From: Tubiluchus corallicola
Taxonomy: Eukaryota > Animalia > Priapulida
Direction: 5' to 3'
DNA length: 64,000 nt
NCBI GenBank assembly: GCA_030141605.1
Contig: JAQGDQ010000258.1
Location: 186,001-250,000 of the forward strand
Part shown: piece after piece, positions 26,435-39,611 of the stretch
Layout: every line of letters begins with the position of its first letter
Position numbering within the stretch: position 1 is the first letter of the stretch
Made by a program: the position numbers and the translations under genes
Notes under the pieces: model-generated
Told to the model about the DNA's origin: nothing
Seen by the model: only the letters and a program-made list of their open reading frames with translations
The model's database searches: none

Positions 26435-28136
26435 TTAGATAGATAGATAGATAGATAGATAACAAGAACGGTGCCTGATACGTTTTGCCATGAAATTACA
26501 ACAAGCCTGTCTTGATGACAAACTACATTTCGAGGTAACAGAAATGTTTTGCATTTTGAGTCCAATAGTCAAGAAAGGATTTCCTGAAGTTAATATGTTC
26601 AAAGGCTCGATTCAGTGGTGTACTCGGAATAATACTCTATATAAACTCTAAAATATACTCCCAGTTTCTTATTGCAAATCTTATTTATAGATGCACCTAT
26701 GTTATGAATTCTGCTGGTACGACATTCACGACTCATTTATGACCCGACTTACCCGCGTTATTAATCAGCACATCAAGTCGTTTTTCTGAACATTGAAATT
26801 CATTTGCAAAATCTCGGATGCTTTTAAAACTGGACAAGTTTAGATGCATAAATTTTACATCCATATTCTTAGTGTCTCGTTGAATGTCTCGAACAGCCTC
26901 CTTCCCCGCCTGTTGATTCCGGCAGGCCAAAATTACAGTTGCTCCTCTTTCCGCAAGACCTTGGGCTACCGCCTTTCCGATTCCAGTATTTGCACCTGTA
27001 AAATTTCGCCCGTTGTAGCTATAAAGAAATTTTGCAGTAACTGTAAATCAGGAAATGTTCACCCGTCGAAACTTTCAGGATTTTATACATGTGCCAGGAA
27101 AGGCAAAAATAACCCAACAATCCACATTGAATTCTTGGTTTCTTGATATATGATATTAGGCGTTTTTTATAATACCTAGTTTTGATTTAAGGCAAGACTT
27201 AAATCAAAGACTTAAGATATGCATTTTTGTACAAATTACCCCAAAGAACCCAAAAACCATTTATTTAGGTTGGGCAATCTTTGAAAGAATTGTTATACAA
27301 TACAGAAGAGAAAATGAAAGTATGATTTTAGGTAAAAAAATTAGAATTGCAAAAGTAGGTAATTTACCTCTGAAGGGACGGTGAAGGTACAGTGTGGTGG
27401 TAACGCGGCTGCTTTCCGTCAGGAGTTCTGAGTTCGCCGAGTACCAAGGACTTTAAAAAATGGTACCTGCTATTGCCCTGTCTGGCGAATAATATTTAGG
27501 GTAAAAGCGGGTTAATAATAATAGTCTTTGTTATGTGGAATTCTTATTTACAGTCGGCAAAATGTTATGTTAATTATTATCCAGAGGACGACTTTAAATG
27601 AAGTTTATTATTGTTATTATTATTTGACGTTCTTCTTGGAGTGAGTGAAGAAAACTTAGGAAAACTTTTAGTAAAATTTCTGATAGATAATTCCATAAGC
27701 AAGATCGAAATAATTTTTTTTTGAAAAAGGTGTTGTAGTATAGCAGTAATTGTAATTTTTATTTATTTTTATTGAGAATTGTCAGGAGCTTTTCAAGTTG
27801 ACCAGATGTTTAACAAGATTACATTAAGCAGTTAACGCTAGGCTAGTGTTCCTACATTCATGTGCATATAATTACAAGTAAATGAACGACGAAATCACCT
27901 GTTACGATGACAACTTTGCCAAATAAAGTTTGGTCACTTTTGAAAAACTTGCCAGAACCACACCTCCACTTCAAGAAGCCCAACAAGATTGTTAGTGTAA
28001 TTCCTGTCACACCGCCCCACATTGGTAAAAAAGATGAAGCCAACAAGACTGCTATTATAATTCCTGTCACACCAACCCACGTAGGTATAAAAGATGACTC
28101 TCCCGTAGTGATAAGAAATTCTCCGTGCGACGTCAT
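23132..28136 (-). CDS. Retinol dehydrogenase 11/12/13-like SDR, paralogue B (350 aa)
   Basis: Exons 28136-27899, 26995-26753, 26025-25867, 24945-24793, 23895-23742, 23237-23132; 1053 nt. Internal exon sizes (243/159/153/154) identical to paralogue A. Motifs [39 protein letters not shown]. Confidence 0.93.
23936..23978 (+). mobile_element. tRNA-derived fragment (SINE head or pseudogene 5' half)
   Basis: TGGCCTAGTAGTATAGGGCGTCTGCCTTGTAAGTAGATGGTCC: A box, D arm and anticodon arm TCTGC-CTTGTAA-GTAGA (Thr-TGT-like). No T arm. Confidence 0.5.
24077..24270. repeat. Long near-perfect palindrome (foldback), arms about 90 bp
   Basis: ACTAAAATTACTGACAGT...GTATTTTGAATTTGA, short loop, TCAAATTCAAAATAC...ACTGTCAGTAATTTTAGT. 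Confidence 0.92.
25230..25410. repeat. Imperfect inverted repeat with B-box-like motifs
   Basis: TGAAAAAGTTGGAAT..CTGGATTTGAA pairs with TTCAAATCCAG..ATTCCAACTTTTTCA. Confidence 0.7.
26298..26461. repeat. (GATG)n(GATA)n microsatellite
   Basis: Directly visible; source of the SIYL/SIHP ORFs. Confidence 0.98.
27375..27522 (+). mobile_element. tRNA-derived SINE with Meta/MESC-like core
   Basis: Degenerate head (GTGTGGTGGTAA..GAGTTCG), then ACCAAGGACTTTAAAAAATGGTACCTGCTATTGCCCTGTCTGGCG resembling the Meta-SINE core as I recall it, and a (TAA)n tail. Confidence 0.6.
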
Positions 28137-29787
28137 CTTCAATATAGCCTACTTTCATATTTTCACACAAGCTGAGCTCATTAAAATATTATGCAACTTT
28201 AGCTTCGCTGTACAAAATAAATGCACATCAGTGACATGATGACTACACAAAGACAATTCACATTTTGAATAAAATTTCTATACTAACAGACATCTAGGAA
28301 GTACACGTTACACGTAGTCGGGAAACATCAAAAGTTGGTAAGTCTTTTCTCTCCAGACTCCTGGTATGTCAACGAGACAATAAGATTATCTTTGCATTGT
28401 GATCATCCATGCAAATCAGAGCAGTAGTCAGACTGTACAGACCATGAAGATCTCTGTCTGTCTTCTCCCTCTCTGGATTTTGTGAATGTATTTCCACCGC
28501 ACTCAACTTAACGAGTTTGTAGAAAAAACTTTGTACTGAGTGTCATGAAATTGATGACCTCCTTGTTTGTAAAAATCGAACGAAATGAAGAAAAAAGGAA
28601 TAAAGACATTTAATTTTGAATAAAGAATCCATATCTTAATAGCTGTTGTTGCCATCATTTGCAGCTGACAGTAATTAAACGATGGGGTTCTAGGCTAGCG
28701 AATCTGAAGTATTAGAAAAACATATTAATTAAATAATAAACGTTGCTAAAAACACTTTACATAATTCTTGCACATCATAAGCACCTATTATACGTAAGCA
28801 ATTATAAAAACTAGTCTGGAATGCAAAGCATTAGGTTAGTTGCTTGCCACGTACTTGTGCTACATTTCAAATTATGCCCTTCTGTGGGTGTCTTTAAGTC
28901 ACCCAAAATTTTTGCTATAGTGCTCTATTGTGACGTCACAATATTAGAAAACAACCCTACCCTACCCACACCACATCATTCATACCGCACACCACTCATA
29001 CCCTGCCAGAAAACAACAGCAACAAAAAACATACAAATCCGTCCACGGATGATCAATTATACGCGAACATTCTACTTAGTCCTTGCTTTCTGCTCCTGAA
29101 ATGGTGGCAATAAGCGAGAACATTCTGCAGATTTTACTGCTGCCGAAATAATGGTAATGAGTAAGAAAAATGCGTTTGCAGTTCCACGGAATCCAAATCT
29201 GCAAAAATTCAGCAGGCTTGCGCATTGTTGGTCTTACTATGAGAAATGGCAAAATTTTGTATTAGACAAATAACTAGAACAACAGCGACAACACGGGAAA
29301 ATGAACGACTTTGCGGAATTTTTCAAAAGCAACCCACCCTGTAAAGATCAGATGACGTAATGTGATTTTAATTTAACTGTATTCAATTTCAATTTATTCA
29401 GTCAAAAGGAAAAGATTTATCCTGCACTGATGTCTGATTCCGGAGCGTACTTATTCAACAACATCGTACGACTCAACAGTGTCCTTCCTACGCGACATGA
29501 TACCTAAAGCATTTGCAAAATTGAAAGTGAAACGTACATTATTTGTCCAGTATTAATGAGTCACTGACAATTGTCTAACTTCAAAATAATGATCGAAGTA
29601 TAAAATGCACAATAAACACAAAGACAACTGACGAAATTTCCACAAATGTGACAAAATAAAATAACTGCCTATCCAAGTACGGCGTTTGCAGAACTCAAGC
29701 AGTATGTGTAGTAAATGTTATGCAGAGGGCACTGAACGCTTTGCAATTCAAGGCCAAGTAATAGAGTATGCGAAGCTGTCACTGTGG

Positions 29788-29928
29788 GCGCGCGCGCGCG
29801 AGAGAGAGAAGAGAGAGTGAGAGAGAGTGTGTGTGTGTGAGAAAGAGAGTAAGAGAGAGACAGAGTGGGAGAGAGTGTGTGAGAGAGTGAGAGAGAGAGA
29901 CAGAGTGAGAGAGAAAGTGAGAGGGAGG

Positions 29929-30004
<76 letters not shown>
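29788..30004. repeat. (GC)n followed by long (GA)n microsatellite
   Basis: Directly visible; source of the poly-ER ORF. Confidence 0.98.
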
Positions 30005-30006
<2 letters not shown>

Positions 30007-31633
30007 AGGGATGGTAGAAGACCTAGTTTTATTTGATAAAGAATATTATAATTAAATTTTATAATAACATAATAAATAGGTGGTAAAATAAGAAAGCTTT
30101 ATAAGTCACTGAAGTATCTGAACAGCAGTATAATCTAAATTTGTAATTGCATGAAGAAAAGCACAGCATTTTAAATATAATTTAGTTTATTTGCTAGTTT
30201 AAATTATTATACAAGTCTATAACAGTTCCCACATTAGTAATGACAACGGTCTGTAGGCTTTGTCATTTTGACTATCATTATGATCCACAACAATTTAATG
30301 CCAAATAATAGCCAACACTTTCACAAGACTTAAATCTTCTAGACTTACAACCTTATACTGAACTTAATGCACAAAATCGTTATTACATGGCAACAGTCAA
30401 TCATACAAATGATACATAAGTTATTTGATCCAACTTACAAAAAAATTTTAAAAAATTTTAATGCTTATCTCATGCACAATAATTTCAGCTATGTCAATTA
30501 TGCAAATGCCATTTCAAGGTATCGGTAAACTAATTAATTATGTTCATGGAATTTATGCTGCAGTACAGATTAATGGTGCATCTTGTTGATGGTGAAACCA
30601 AATATTGAAATGAATGTTCGCATTGTAATCATTTAAATCTAGTAAATATCATACAAAGTACAAAGACAAAGAAATATTCACTGAAAAGGGAGAAGTAGCA
30701 GGCTTAACTGCCTAAAAATGAAAGAACTTATGACGAGTACTGCACATGGCAGTTACAAAAATGATTCTGGTACAGAGCTAAGCTAAGAATAATACTTAGC
30801 TAAGAATACTACTCTTAATATCGTATTATGAGACATTTAATCTTGTTTATCATCGTAACAAGATACCATTTTAATCACCGGAAAACATTAAAATCAATTA
30901 TTAAATCCAAAGTTGGTTTAACAATGTCAAGGGTTACAGCTGACCCAAAAAATGTAAGACAAATCAGACATATTTATTTGGATTTTTGTAATGTTCAGCA
31001 GTGTTTAGCTTTCTTACCTTTGTTCATTTATGAGGTGTACCTATCATCTAGTCAATTCTTTGAGAACTGATAGCTTAACATGTATTATACTGATCCTACA
31101 TGTAATGCTTAGCACAACAAAGCATTATAGAAAAATTACATACATGTGTTGACTTTTATCACCAAAAAAATAAATATTGCTAATTTCAAATTACAGAAAA
31201 ATAAATATTGCTAATTTCAAATTACAAGAAAAAAACAAGAGCACTTAACACACTTTAAATTACGCATGCGTATATTGCGTTGAAAAGTTTTAAATTGGGC
31301 ATGTATTAGAAAAATTAATTTTTTAAACTGCATAGTGCAGCCAACATAGTAATCTTTTCTGAAAACAATGTGGTCCAAAGGTGATGCTGGAAAATGTACT
31401 GAAGTTTCTGTTGTTGATATTGTGTCCTCATTATATTCCACTGAATGTAACTTAAAAGTAAAATCCAAAACTGATTCATTCTCTTCTTTGGTGAGGCAAT
31501 GTTTGCATTTTTTAAACATCTCTAGTTCTTCATCATAGTCAACGAATTAAGCTTAGATTACCACAGTAACACAGCAAACAAAATCCGTTTATATCACTCA
31601 GCTTTTTAAGGATGTTCTTTACACACGTTCCAG

Positions 31634-34600
31634 CTAATCAGCTGGTCGTTTTTCTCCATACTTTTTAGCATAGTCCTCAGCATTTTTCATAAATTTTTTC
31701 CTGTCTTTGCTATATTCTTCAGCGAGATCAGCGCGTAGTGGATGTTCTGGTTCAGGATCAGTTACTAGCGCTACTAGTGCTTGTATAACTGCAACAATAA
31801 AAAAACAAAAATCATGTGAATAATTTAAGGTTGACTTTGCAAGGGAAGTCAGTGATGCCAGTGATCAAGCTTGATCACTAGCAAAGTGTTTGTAACCTTA
31901 AGTAAATATCAGTTAAAACTGTTAAATAGGTAGACCAGTAATCTTTTAAACAGTGAACTTTTTCATTCGTTAAAACTAAATAAACACAAATCTCTCAACG
32001 CATTTATCAAACTGTCATAAGTACCTTTCAAGTTTAACAGTCAGTCAAAGTGAGGACATAATATAAGATTTACACGAGGACATCAGACAATATTGTTCGT
32101 GATGTCTACAAAAAAACAATTAAAGATCACAGTGACCACTTTTACAAGTTGCTTCTACACAGAAAATCTGTCCATAATTAGATCTTGATGCTAGATTTCA
32201 TTAGGTAACCATTTGGGTTATTGATAAGGTGTTACACCACCAGCTTTGGTTACAATTTTGATTTAATTAATTTCTTTGGAAATATCAGCTAAACAGTGCA
32301 TAAGAACATTATTTTCTGACATTGTGTTCTCGCATGCTAATGAAATCAGCATACTCAGTGTTTTTCGGTGAGAAATGAACATGTGACTCATTTCATAGCA
32401 TTTGCATTAATCTGAAATTTAGTGCTAGAAACTTAGAAAATCTGCAGAAATTGTGGAGTATGCAATAATAGTGGTCTAGACTCTTGGAATAAGAGGATGG
32501 TTAATCTAGACGATACCAAAACAGGCTGGTTAATCTAGACGGTACCAAAAATGATCAATAATACTACAGAACTATGATATTATGACAAATAGGAGCCAAA
32601 ATTGTCTGAGACAAAATCATTGTATGAAACAAAGCAAGCACTTCTCTCGTTATTTTCCGTTCCTGTCACTTTCTCTTTCTCCCCAAATGAGTTTCATACC
32701 TTGGTCAGTTTTTGTTGCAGGTTTCCAGTTCTCTGGACTGATGATTGGTAAACACACTTGTCCTTTTTCATCAATATTCGGATGATAAATGCGAGTTTTA
32801 AATGTAATTTTAGGTGGTTTGAAAGGATACTCGGCTGGAAACAGTATTTCAATCCTAAATGCTCCTTTATTATATGGTGGACTATCCTGGATATAACAAA
32901 AAGAACAACCATTACATACATATTATTAAAACGAGAGACCCTAAACAATAAATTACACAAAAACTTATCATCAATTAAAAGACGATAGACCTTGTTTAGC
33001 ATGGTACTCACAGGAACAATGAGACCAGTCCATGAAAGAATGTTGGTTTCGTCTACCTGAATATCCCTGAAAGACTTAAGTTGTCCTTTTCTAATATCTT
33101 GTAGTTCCTGGAAAATGGACAAAAACAATTACTAAACTATTTAATTTAAAAAAAAATTAATAAAGAATTGTTACTGTCCAATGACATAATATTATATTTT
33201 GTCCCGTATTTCACTGGTGTAATGTCAAATTTTTGAATTCAGTTATTCAACTGAATTTTTCTAATTCAGTTAACCCAGTAGATCTAGACAACATTTCCAG
33301 TTTAATTCTTGGCTATGTTGCATAAACATTTAAGAAGTTTCGCCCACCCTCCCAGCATAAACATGCTATTAGAAGCAGCTTTCACTGCACTCAATATTTA
33401 AATAAATAAAAATAAAATAATTTTCTGAAAGAGACATGACTTTTTTCAGTTTCGGACTAAGCATGCAAATTACCGATACAATTGCTTATGCAAACTTTAG
33501 TCAAAACTGTTGATGAAATTCTGCGGATTACTAAGACACAGCTCTAATTAAAACAATATAAAAGTAAGTACCTTCTTGTTTGAGGAAAAAGCATATATGG
33601 CAATTTTTGTAAATGTTTAGCTTATTAACTTTCCTGAACAATCAAGCAGGAGAATATGAGAGCACAATGTATAGATGTGGTACATGCTGGTCAGCATTTG
33701 TTGTGCATTAGATTGCTAGCCTCCTGCTGTGAAAAATCTTCAAATTTCAAGCATAAAAGCTGCCCATATTATGAAAATATTGCACAAAATTTATAGTGGA
33801 AATACTTTGAGCAGTAATATTACTGTATGTTAATCCTATTAAAGTAAATAAAGTTTATATTAAAATATAATATTAAAAAGGGAAGGGGAGGAGAGGATAA
33901 CAGTTAAGTGGTCATTGATGTGTTTGGCTATATATGAGGTTAAGCAGCATCCTATGCCCGGAGTAAATGGGCAACTGCAGGAAAAGATGTATCTGAATTT
34001 TGCAAGACTTTCTTGAAAAGCGGTAGCAGATGGTTGACATTGGAACATTCTTAACACCATCCTGCATCTCACCACCAAACGATATGATGATCTGATGCTC
34101 ATTAATCGAGTTACTCACAAACTAAAAAACCTAGCAAGTGAATTTTCTGCTGAAATTTTCAGATAAACGAAGTAAGTCCACAACAGTGTCTGTTTTAGCC
34201 AACCACCAAGACACATTGCAGTTTCTTTCACAAAATAATTGGGAGGTTTGTCCCGAATTTTGCCAAAAGCAAATAGTAATCACCTGCTGTGCAGATCGCA
34301 GAGTATTATTCATTAAACCCAATAAAAAGACTTGTTTCCAACCGCAAAAATGCATTGTACGAACAGTTTCCCACATGATAAAGTCCGAAAATTTTATCTT
34401 CACACATGCAAAGCATCACTAAACATGGGGTGTTGTAATTTGATAATTTATCAGAAAGCTGTTTAAAGCTACACTGTGTAGCAAAAATGTTCATTTCATT
34501 AGATTTGGTCTTCAGGAATAATAAAACTTAAATTTAGCAAACTTGTTGTGTTTCACTAAACAGTTTTGAAATGCATCCAAAGCATTCATTTAATTTTACT

Positions 34601-35504
34601 ACAACACATTTCACATATTTTAACATTATCACTTCCTTGCATGATAAATAGGCCAAAATCATAAAAGTGGCAAAGTGGCATTATAGTAAGATAGAAATCT
34701 TTTGGGCACTATGTTTTGGACAGAAGTTTAAAACTATTTTGATGAGCTATATGGATATTTGAATTATTTTAGGGCTACAGATATAGATAACGGAAATTAA
34801 AATTTCAATAAAGAGTAATACCTGATTGTTTTTTCATATTATAAAATTACATTTTACATTGCGCATTAAACATCAAATTAAAGGAGAACCCAAAAATAGC
34901 TATATTTATAGGAAACTGCATTTGCAATCAGGGTCAGTGGAATTCACAACGACCAGTTTAGAACTTGTTCCACGAAATACCTTACATCCCTATTCTGAGC
35001 CATGAGATGTGGTAACCCTGTGTGTCTGGACAATTTTATCTGTCATATTACCTCCAGTTGTTCCTTCATTGATACCTATTTGTAATTCTAGATTTTTAGA
35101 AATTTAAACGAGCATTATCTTCGTGATAATGCGATAACGCATTATGTGATAATGCGTTAACTTCATCAAATTGAAGGCTCTATTATCATTGGTAGAGTTA
35201 TCACTTTAACATGTGCAAACGGAAACATTTAGTTTCTCTAAATGTCTTATGACTTTTTGTAAACAATAAGCGGTTCCTATTAACTTGCTTCTGAAGTAAC
35301 GCGAAGTCAAATATTTTCACGTGTGAACGTGAATTATGACAATGTGGAGTGCGTCACAGGGTTGTACGACATTACTGTTCCAATAAATTGTACATAGTAT
35401 CTGCGTCCTGATCTGTATGGACTCATGAAAAGAGTGAATGCTGAGAAAATTTTTAATCAAAAATGTTTAATCGATACCTTAGTTATTCTTCTATTGGCTG
35501 CCAT
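31634..35504 (-). CDS. UBE2L3: Ubiquitin-conjugating enzyme E2 L3 (UbcH7), 154 aa
   Basis: Exons 35504-35478 (MAANRRITK), 33107-33012, 32886-32700, 31788-31634; 465 nt. [52 protein letters not shown]...[22 protein letters not shown] is diagnostic of UBE2L3. Confidence 0.97.
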
Positions 35505-36029
35505 ATTTCTCTTTGTAATTGAAATACCAGAAAAGTGGCGCACTGATGTAATGCATTTTTCAGAAATGTCTGCAATGATGAAAGGAAAAAGGTCACACTA
35601 CCATGGTACCCCACCTCATCTTTGTACACAATAAAAACAGTGCATAACAAAGCTGAGGGTAAGCTATCATTATCTTTAAGTGGAATGTCAGATACTCAAA
35701 TATGCTGCTCAAGAAAGGCTATGCAATTACTGTAAGAACTCCCAAAATGACACTAAAATAGATGACAAAATTTACATTTTATTGTTAATGGCTGTCTATA
35801 TATTGAAAATAGAAGAGCTCACGAAAAAATAAAGTATACAACCTATCATTCTTTATTAACTTATCACTAGATGCTTCATTTACGTGGCTATTCAACTGCA
35901 ATTATAATGCCGCTCTTTGTTAAAAATTTCGAACTAAGAAGACATTCTCATTGAAACGCTAAAAGGGTACTGACTGCTACATTCTGGACCACTCCTATCC
36001 TGCTTTTTGTGATGCTATGCATCATTCCT

Positions 36030-36460
36030 TATTGACCATGAATACGCAGATTGGTGTATCAAATTTTCAAACTAACACAATAAAATAGGATTTTCTAGAA
36101 AAAAACTAGAGAAAAGAAATCTTCAAGTAAACCAGTCAAAAACAAGAATATACTAGCGCAAGAGATGGTAATCAGTCTTGGAAAAAGTGCAAGTACATGG
36201 GCACTAAAAGTAGAAAGCGAAAAGCAATGCATGCTTTTCTTCAGCACAAGAACACATTAACTAGTAAGAAATTAAGTCTTAACAAAAGACTTCGATTATT
36301 TAATGCTTATGTTATCAGCATATTTATGTACAATAGCGAAACTTGCGGTTTAGCGATTACCAAAAAAAAGCAGATTGACACATTTCATAAAAGTCTTCTA
36401 AGGAAAATTTTAAAGATAAGATGACCAAACATAATCAAAAATGATAGCTTCTACGAGCTA
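36030..36460 (+). mobile_element. RTE-type LINE reverse-transcriptase fragment, decayed
   Basis: EYAD, LQVNQSKT, LSLNKRLRLFNAYVISIFMYNSET...IDTFHKSLLRKILKIR*PNII. Confidence 0.75.
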
Positions 36461-36884
36461 CTATCGGAGTTTGAACATATGCTTTTTTGACAAATGCCTT
36501 ACTAGTTTTTAAGCAGAATAAGGAGTTACAAAAGTCAATTTTTAGTGTTGACCCTAAAAACAATTTCCTGACATTTTGGTGCAAGAACATAAATCCCATG
36601 TTATATTAAATTTTAGCGCTCGTTCTTGTAAAAAAATTGATACTTGTAAAAAAAATACACAATTTTTGATGTATTGTACCTAGAAGCATCATAACCCAGT
36701 TTTAACTTTGCTGACTTGTGGAAGATTTTGGTTTGAAAGCACACATAAATAACTATTGTATCTTTTATTTACATTGCTAACATTCCCAGTGTACTAAAAA
36801 TAATGGTATTTGTGTAAATAAACCTGAATTGAATTACTATTGATAACTCAGCAAGTTGCATATAAGACATCGTATATTGCTAAG

Positions 36885-37650
36885 TGCCAACGAGTCCGTT
36901 GTGCTTGTTTATGTAATAATAATAATTAAAAACGTTAATACACGTTGAATAATTTATTATGCATCTAATAAAATAAAAGAATTTTATTCTGAGCTGGTAG
37001 AACGGACAATATTAAATTTGGTTTCGATATTAATGTTGTTGAAGTGAAAAAACCTCACTTTTTTGCGAATTCAACATTTGTTTAAGGTATATCATTTTTG
37101 ATTTTGTCTCACTTCACAAACAGGTGATCCGTTTCACTACCTCTTGGGCAAATAATTGTTTTCTTATAAGTAAACGTTCTAGCGATCTATGTGTCCTACA
37201 TGGGCTAGCGAGCCATGTAGGACAGTGCCCTACATGTTACAATACTACTGATAATATTAAAACTAATTATCCTTGCTTTTCTTAAATGTTAAAAATTACT
37301 TTTTGGTGTTGTGAAGGTTTAGCAGCATCTGTCTCATTTTTAAATTTGCAATTATTTCTGTAATAACTGTGTGCAGAATTTCTCTCTTTAAAGCATTAGA
37401 TACTAGGTTTAATGTTATGATATATTAATGGAGTTAATCATAATGATGAAATTATTGTAAGAAATGCATTTGTAAATTGCCAAGGAATATCCATTTCTAA
37501 AAGAAATTTTGTTTTATGCTTTATTATGTCATAACAATACTTATAAACAATGGTAATATAAACTGGAAACAAGTTTTGCCAGAGCAAGTTTCTCGACAAA
37601 AATCGCTAGTGTCCTACTTGGGCTGCCCATGTAGGACACTACTTTTAGCG
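36885..37650. mobile_element. Non-autonomous DNA element, copy 1 (related to 52989-53676)
   Basis: Long shared blocks with 53075-53612 (e.g. AAATAAAAGAATTTTATTCTGAGCT, ACAGGTGATCCGTTTCACT). Internal hairpins TGTCCTACATGG..CCATGTAGGACA and AGTGTCCTACTTGGGCTGCCCATGTAGGACACT. Confidence 0.8.
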
Positions 37651-38202
37651 CATCAAGTGGTCTACTTGGCGCAGTGGTCCAAACGGCTCCCAACAACTGA
37701 AAATAAATTCACATCGTCAAAGGAGCTACGGTATTAAATTTTAAGGACTACTTGTACTTTTCAGTTATGTTTAATTAAACGCCTGTTGAGCGTTTACGTG
37801 AACGAAATACAGGAAGCATGAGTTTCTATCTAGATCTTTGTTTTGTTCAGTTCTGCGCCTAGGCCGTTTTGTACTGGTCAAGGTAGCAGAGGTGGTAGTC
37901 AAAGACTGCTACTTGGCTGAAAAAAAGAAAATCATAAAAAATGAAACGAAACTTAATTCCAGTCTGACGATGTCTTTTCATAGCGTTGTTTTGAAAACTT
38001 CAGCAAAATGCATGAGTGGTCACTTGACTGGCAGATACTGTTTAATGCAGGCAAGTGTGAATGCATCCGTTTTAGTTTTAGTAACGTGCATTATTAGCAC
38101 AAGTGCACATTAGCACACTAGCGCTAGTCTTCACAGTCTTCAGTCTAATTTACGAGTGTTACTAAATGAGTCACTAAAGTAAATTCTAGCAGTCAGTATT
38201 TG

Positions 38203-38376
38203 GAAGCTGTCAGAAAGGCTAACACTAACAGAAGTTTGGGCATGATAAAAAGGTCCTTTATTAATTAGGACATAGATGTGATTGTAAAACTGTGCAAAAG
38301 TTGTGTTAGATCACAGTTGGATTACTGCATGCAAGCATGGAGACCATACATTGTAAAATATATCAGATTACTCTAA
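38203..38376 (+). mobile_element. CR1-clade LINE RT fragment
   Basis: EAVRKANTNRSLGMIKRSFIN*DIDVIVKLCKSCVRSQLDYCMQAWRPY resembles the CR1 motif KAN..LG.I.R.F...LYKSLVRPHLEYC.QAW.P. Confidence 0.75.
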
Positions 38377-39611
38377 GTTTGTACAGTTTTTGTAGTCCTC
38401 ATTCATCTCTTTATCCTCCAAGTCAGCATTCTCTCTTTCAGTAACCTTCAAATCAAATGCATTTACACACAGTGAATCTGTCTTCTCAGCCATAGATTTC
38501 CTTTCCACACATTTTTCATATGTATATCTTCCGTGTGACTTGCAAAAAATCTTCAACTGATGAATTGGTAATTTCTTTTCATTGGTAATGTATCCATGGT
38601 TTGCACTCAAAGCAACCAATCATGTCTGCATCGTTGTAATCACATTTGCATATATGACACATCTGCTCATTACTATTTTCACTAGCCATATTCAACCTCA
38701 TCTATCATTTCTGGTGATGACTAAAATTCTACCATGTGTGCATAAAAGGCTTTATCAATCAATCAATCGATCAAGAATTTATTTAAATAATTAAAGCAAT
38801 TCATACATAATTTTTACACAAAACAAATATTTGTAGCAAATTCACAGTTCAAAATAATTAGCTTTAAAAATAATTAATATACATTTAATAACTACGGGGA
38901 CCAAGAGGCCTATTATTTATTATCATTTTATATCTCTGAGTCAACTACACTACTTGGTTGGAATCTCTAGCAAGTGTTCTTATAATTCATCACATAAACA
39001 ATAATTAAAATAGTTCTAATAATGTTTATAGTAAACTAATAAACGTGTGTGTTAAATACTGTGTTTATATGTAATAATGGATCATTTTATAATGCAAAAT
39101 AATTATTGTGGACTTACTGCAAGCTTATGTGTTCACATTTATAAATCTTTTCATATCCAGCAAAAATTTTCCATCCAGCAAAGCATGAAGGGTCAAGGAG
39201 CCTTGAGACTATTGTTTTGTTAGGAGCGTGTCTTGCAAATTGAGGGTAAGGATACTTTTATGGTTTTGGTACCTAATTTAAGATTTGGACTTACTGGAAA
39301 CCCTAAAACTTGCTAATGTGTCTTATCAAATTGTCATGGATTTGTCATCGCCTGAATAATTTTTAAAAGAGGTGGCAAGGGAAATAGACTAGTGTATTGT
39401 ACATTGTATATTCATTATTGTAAGTTCTATAAAGGAGTATTATCAGTCTGGATGCATAAATTAATAAATTATAGTGTAACCGTGACATTTGTCTTGTTGC
39501 TACAGATTTGTCTGAATTCATAAATAATTTATTTGTTTTAATTTTATTATCGTTTTAATTGCATTGCATTAACGTATTAAATAAATAATTTTATTATTTA
39601 CATTTATAGGA

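Noticed and set aside
31167-31232. Short tandem duplication in the UBE2L3 3'UTR (similar ones near 32498 and 47428)
   Set aside because: Ordinary slippage duplications with no further structure.
33860-34494. Cluster of short ORFs in UBE2L3 intron 1, possibly a decayed transposase
   Set aside because: No motif I can recognise; needs a tblastx/Dfam search.
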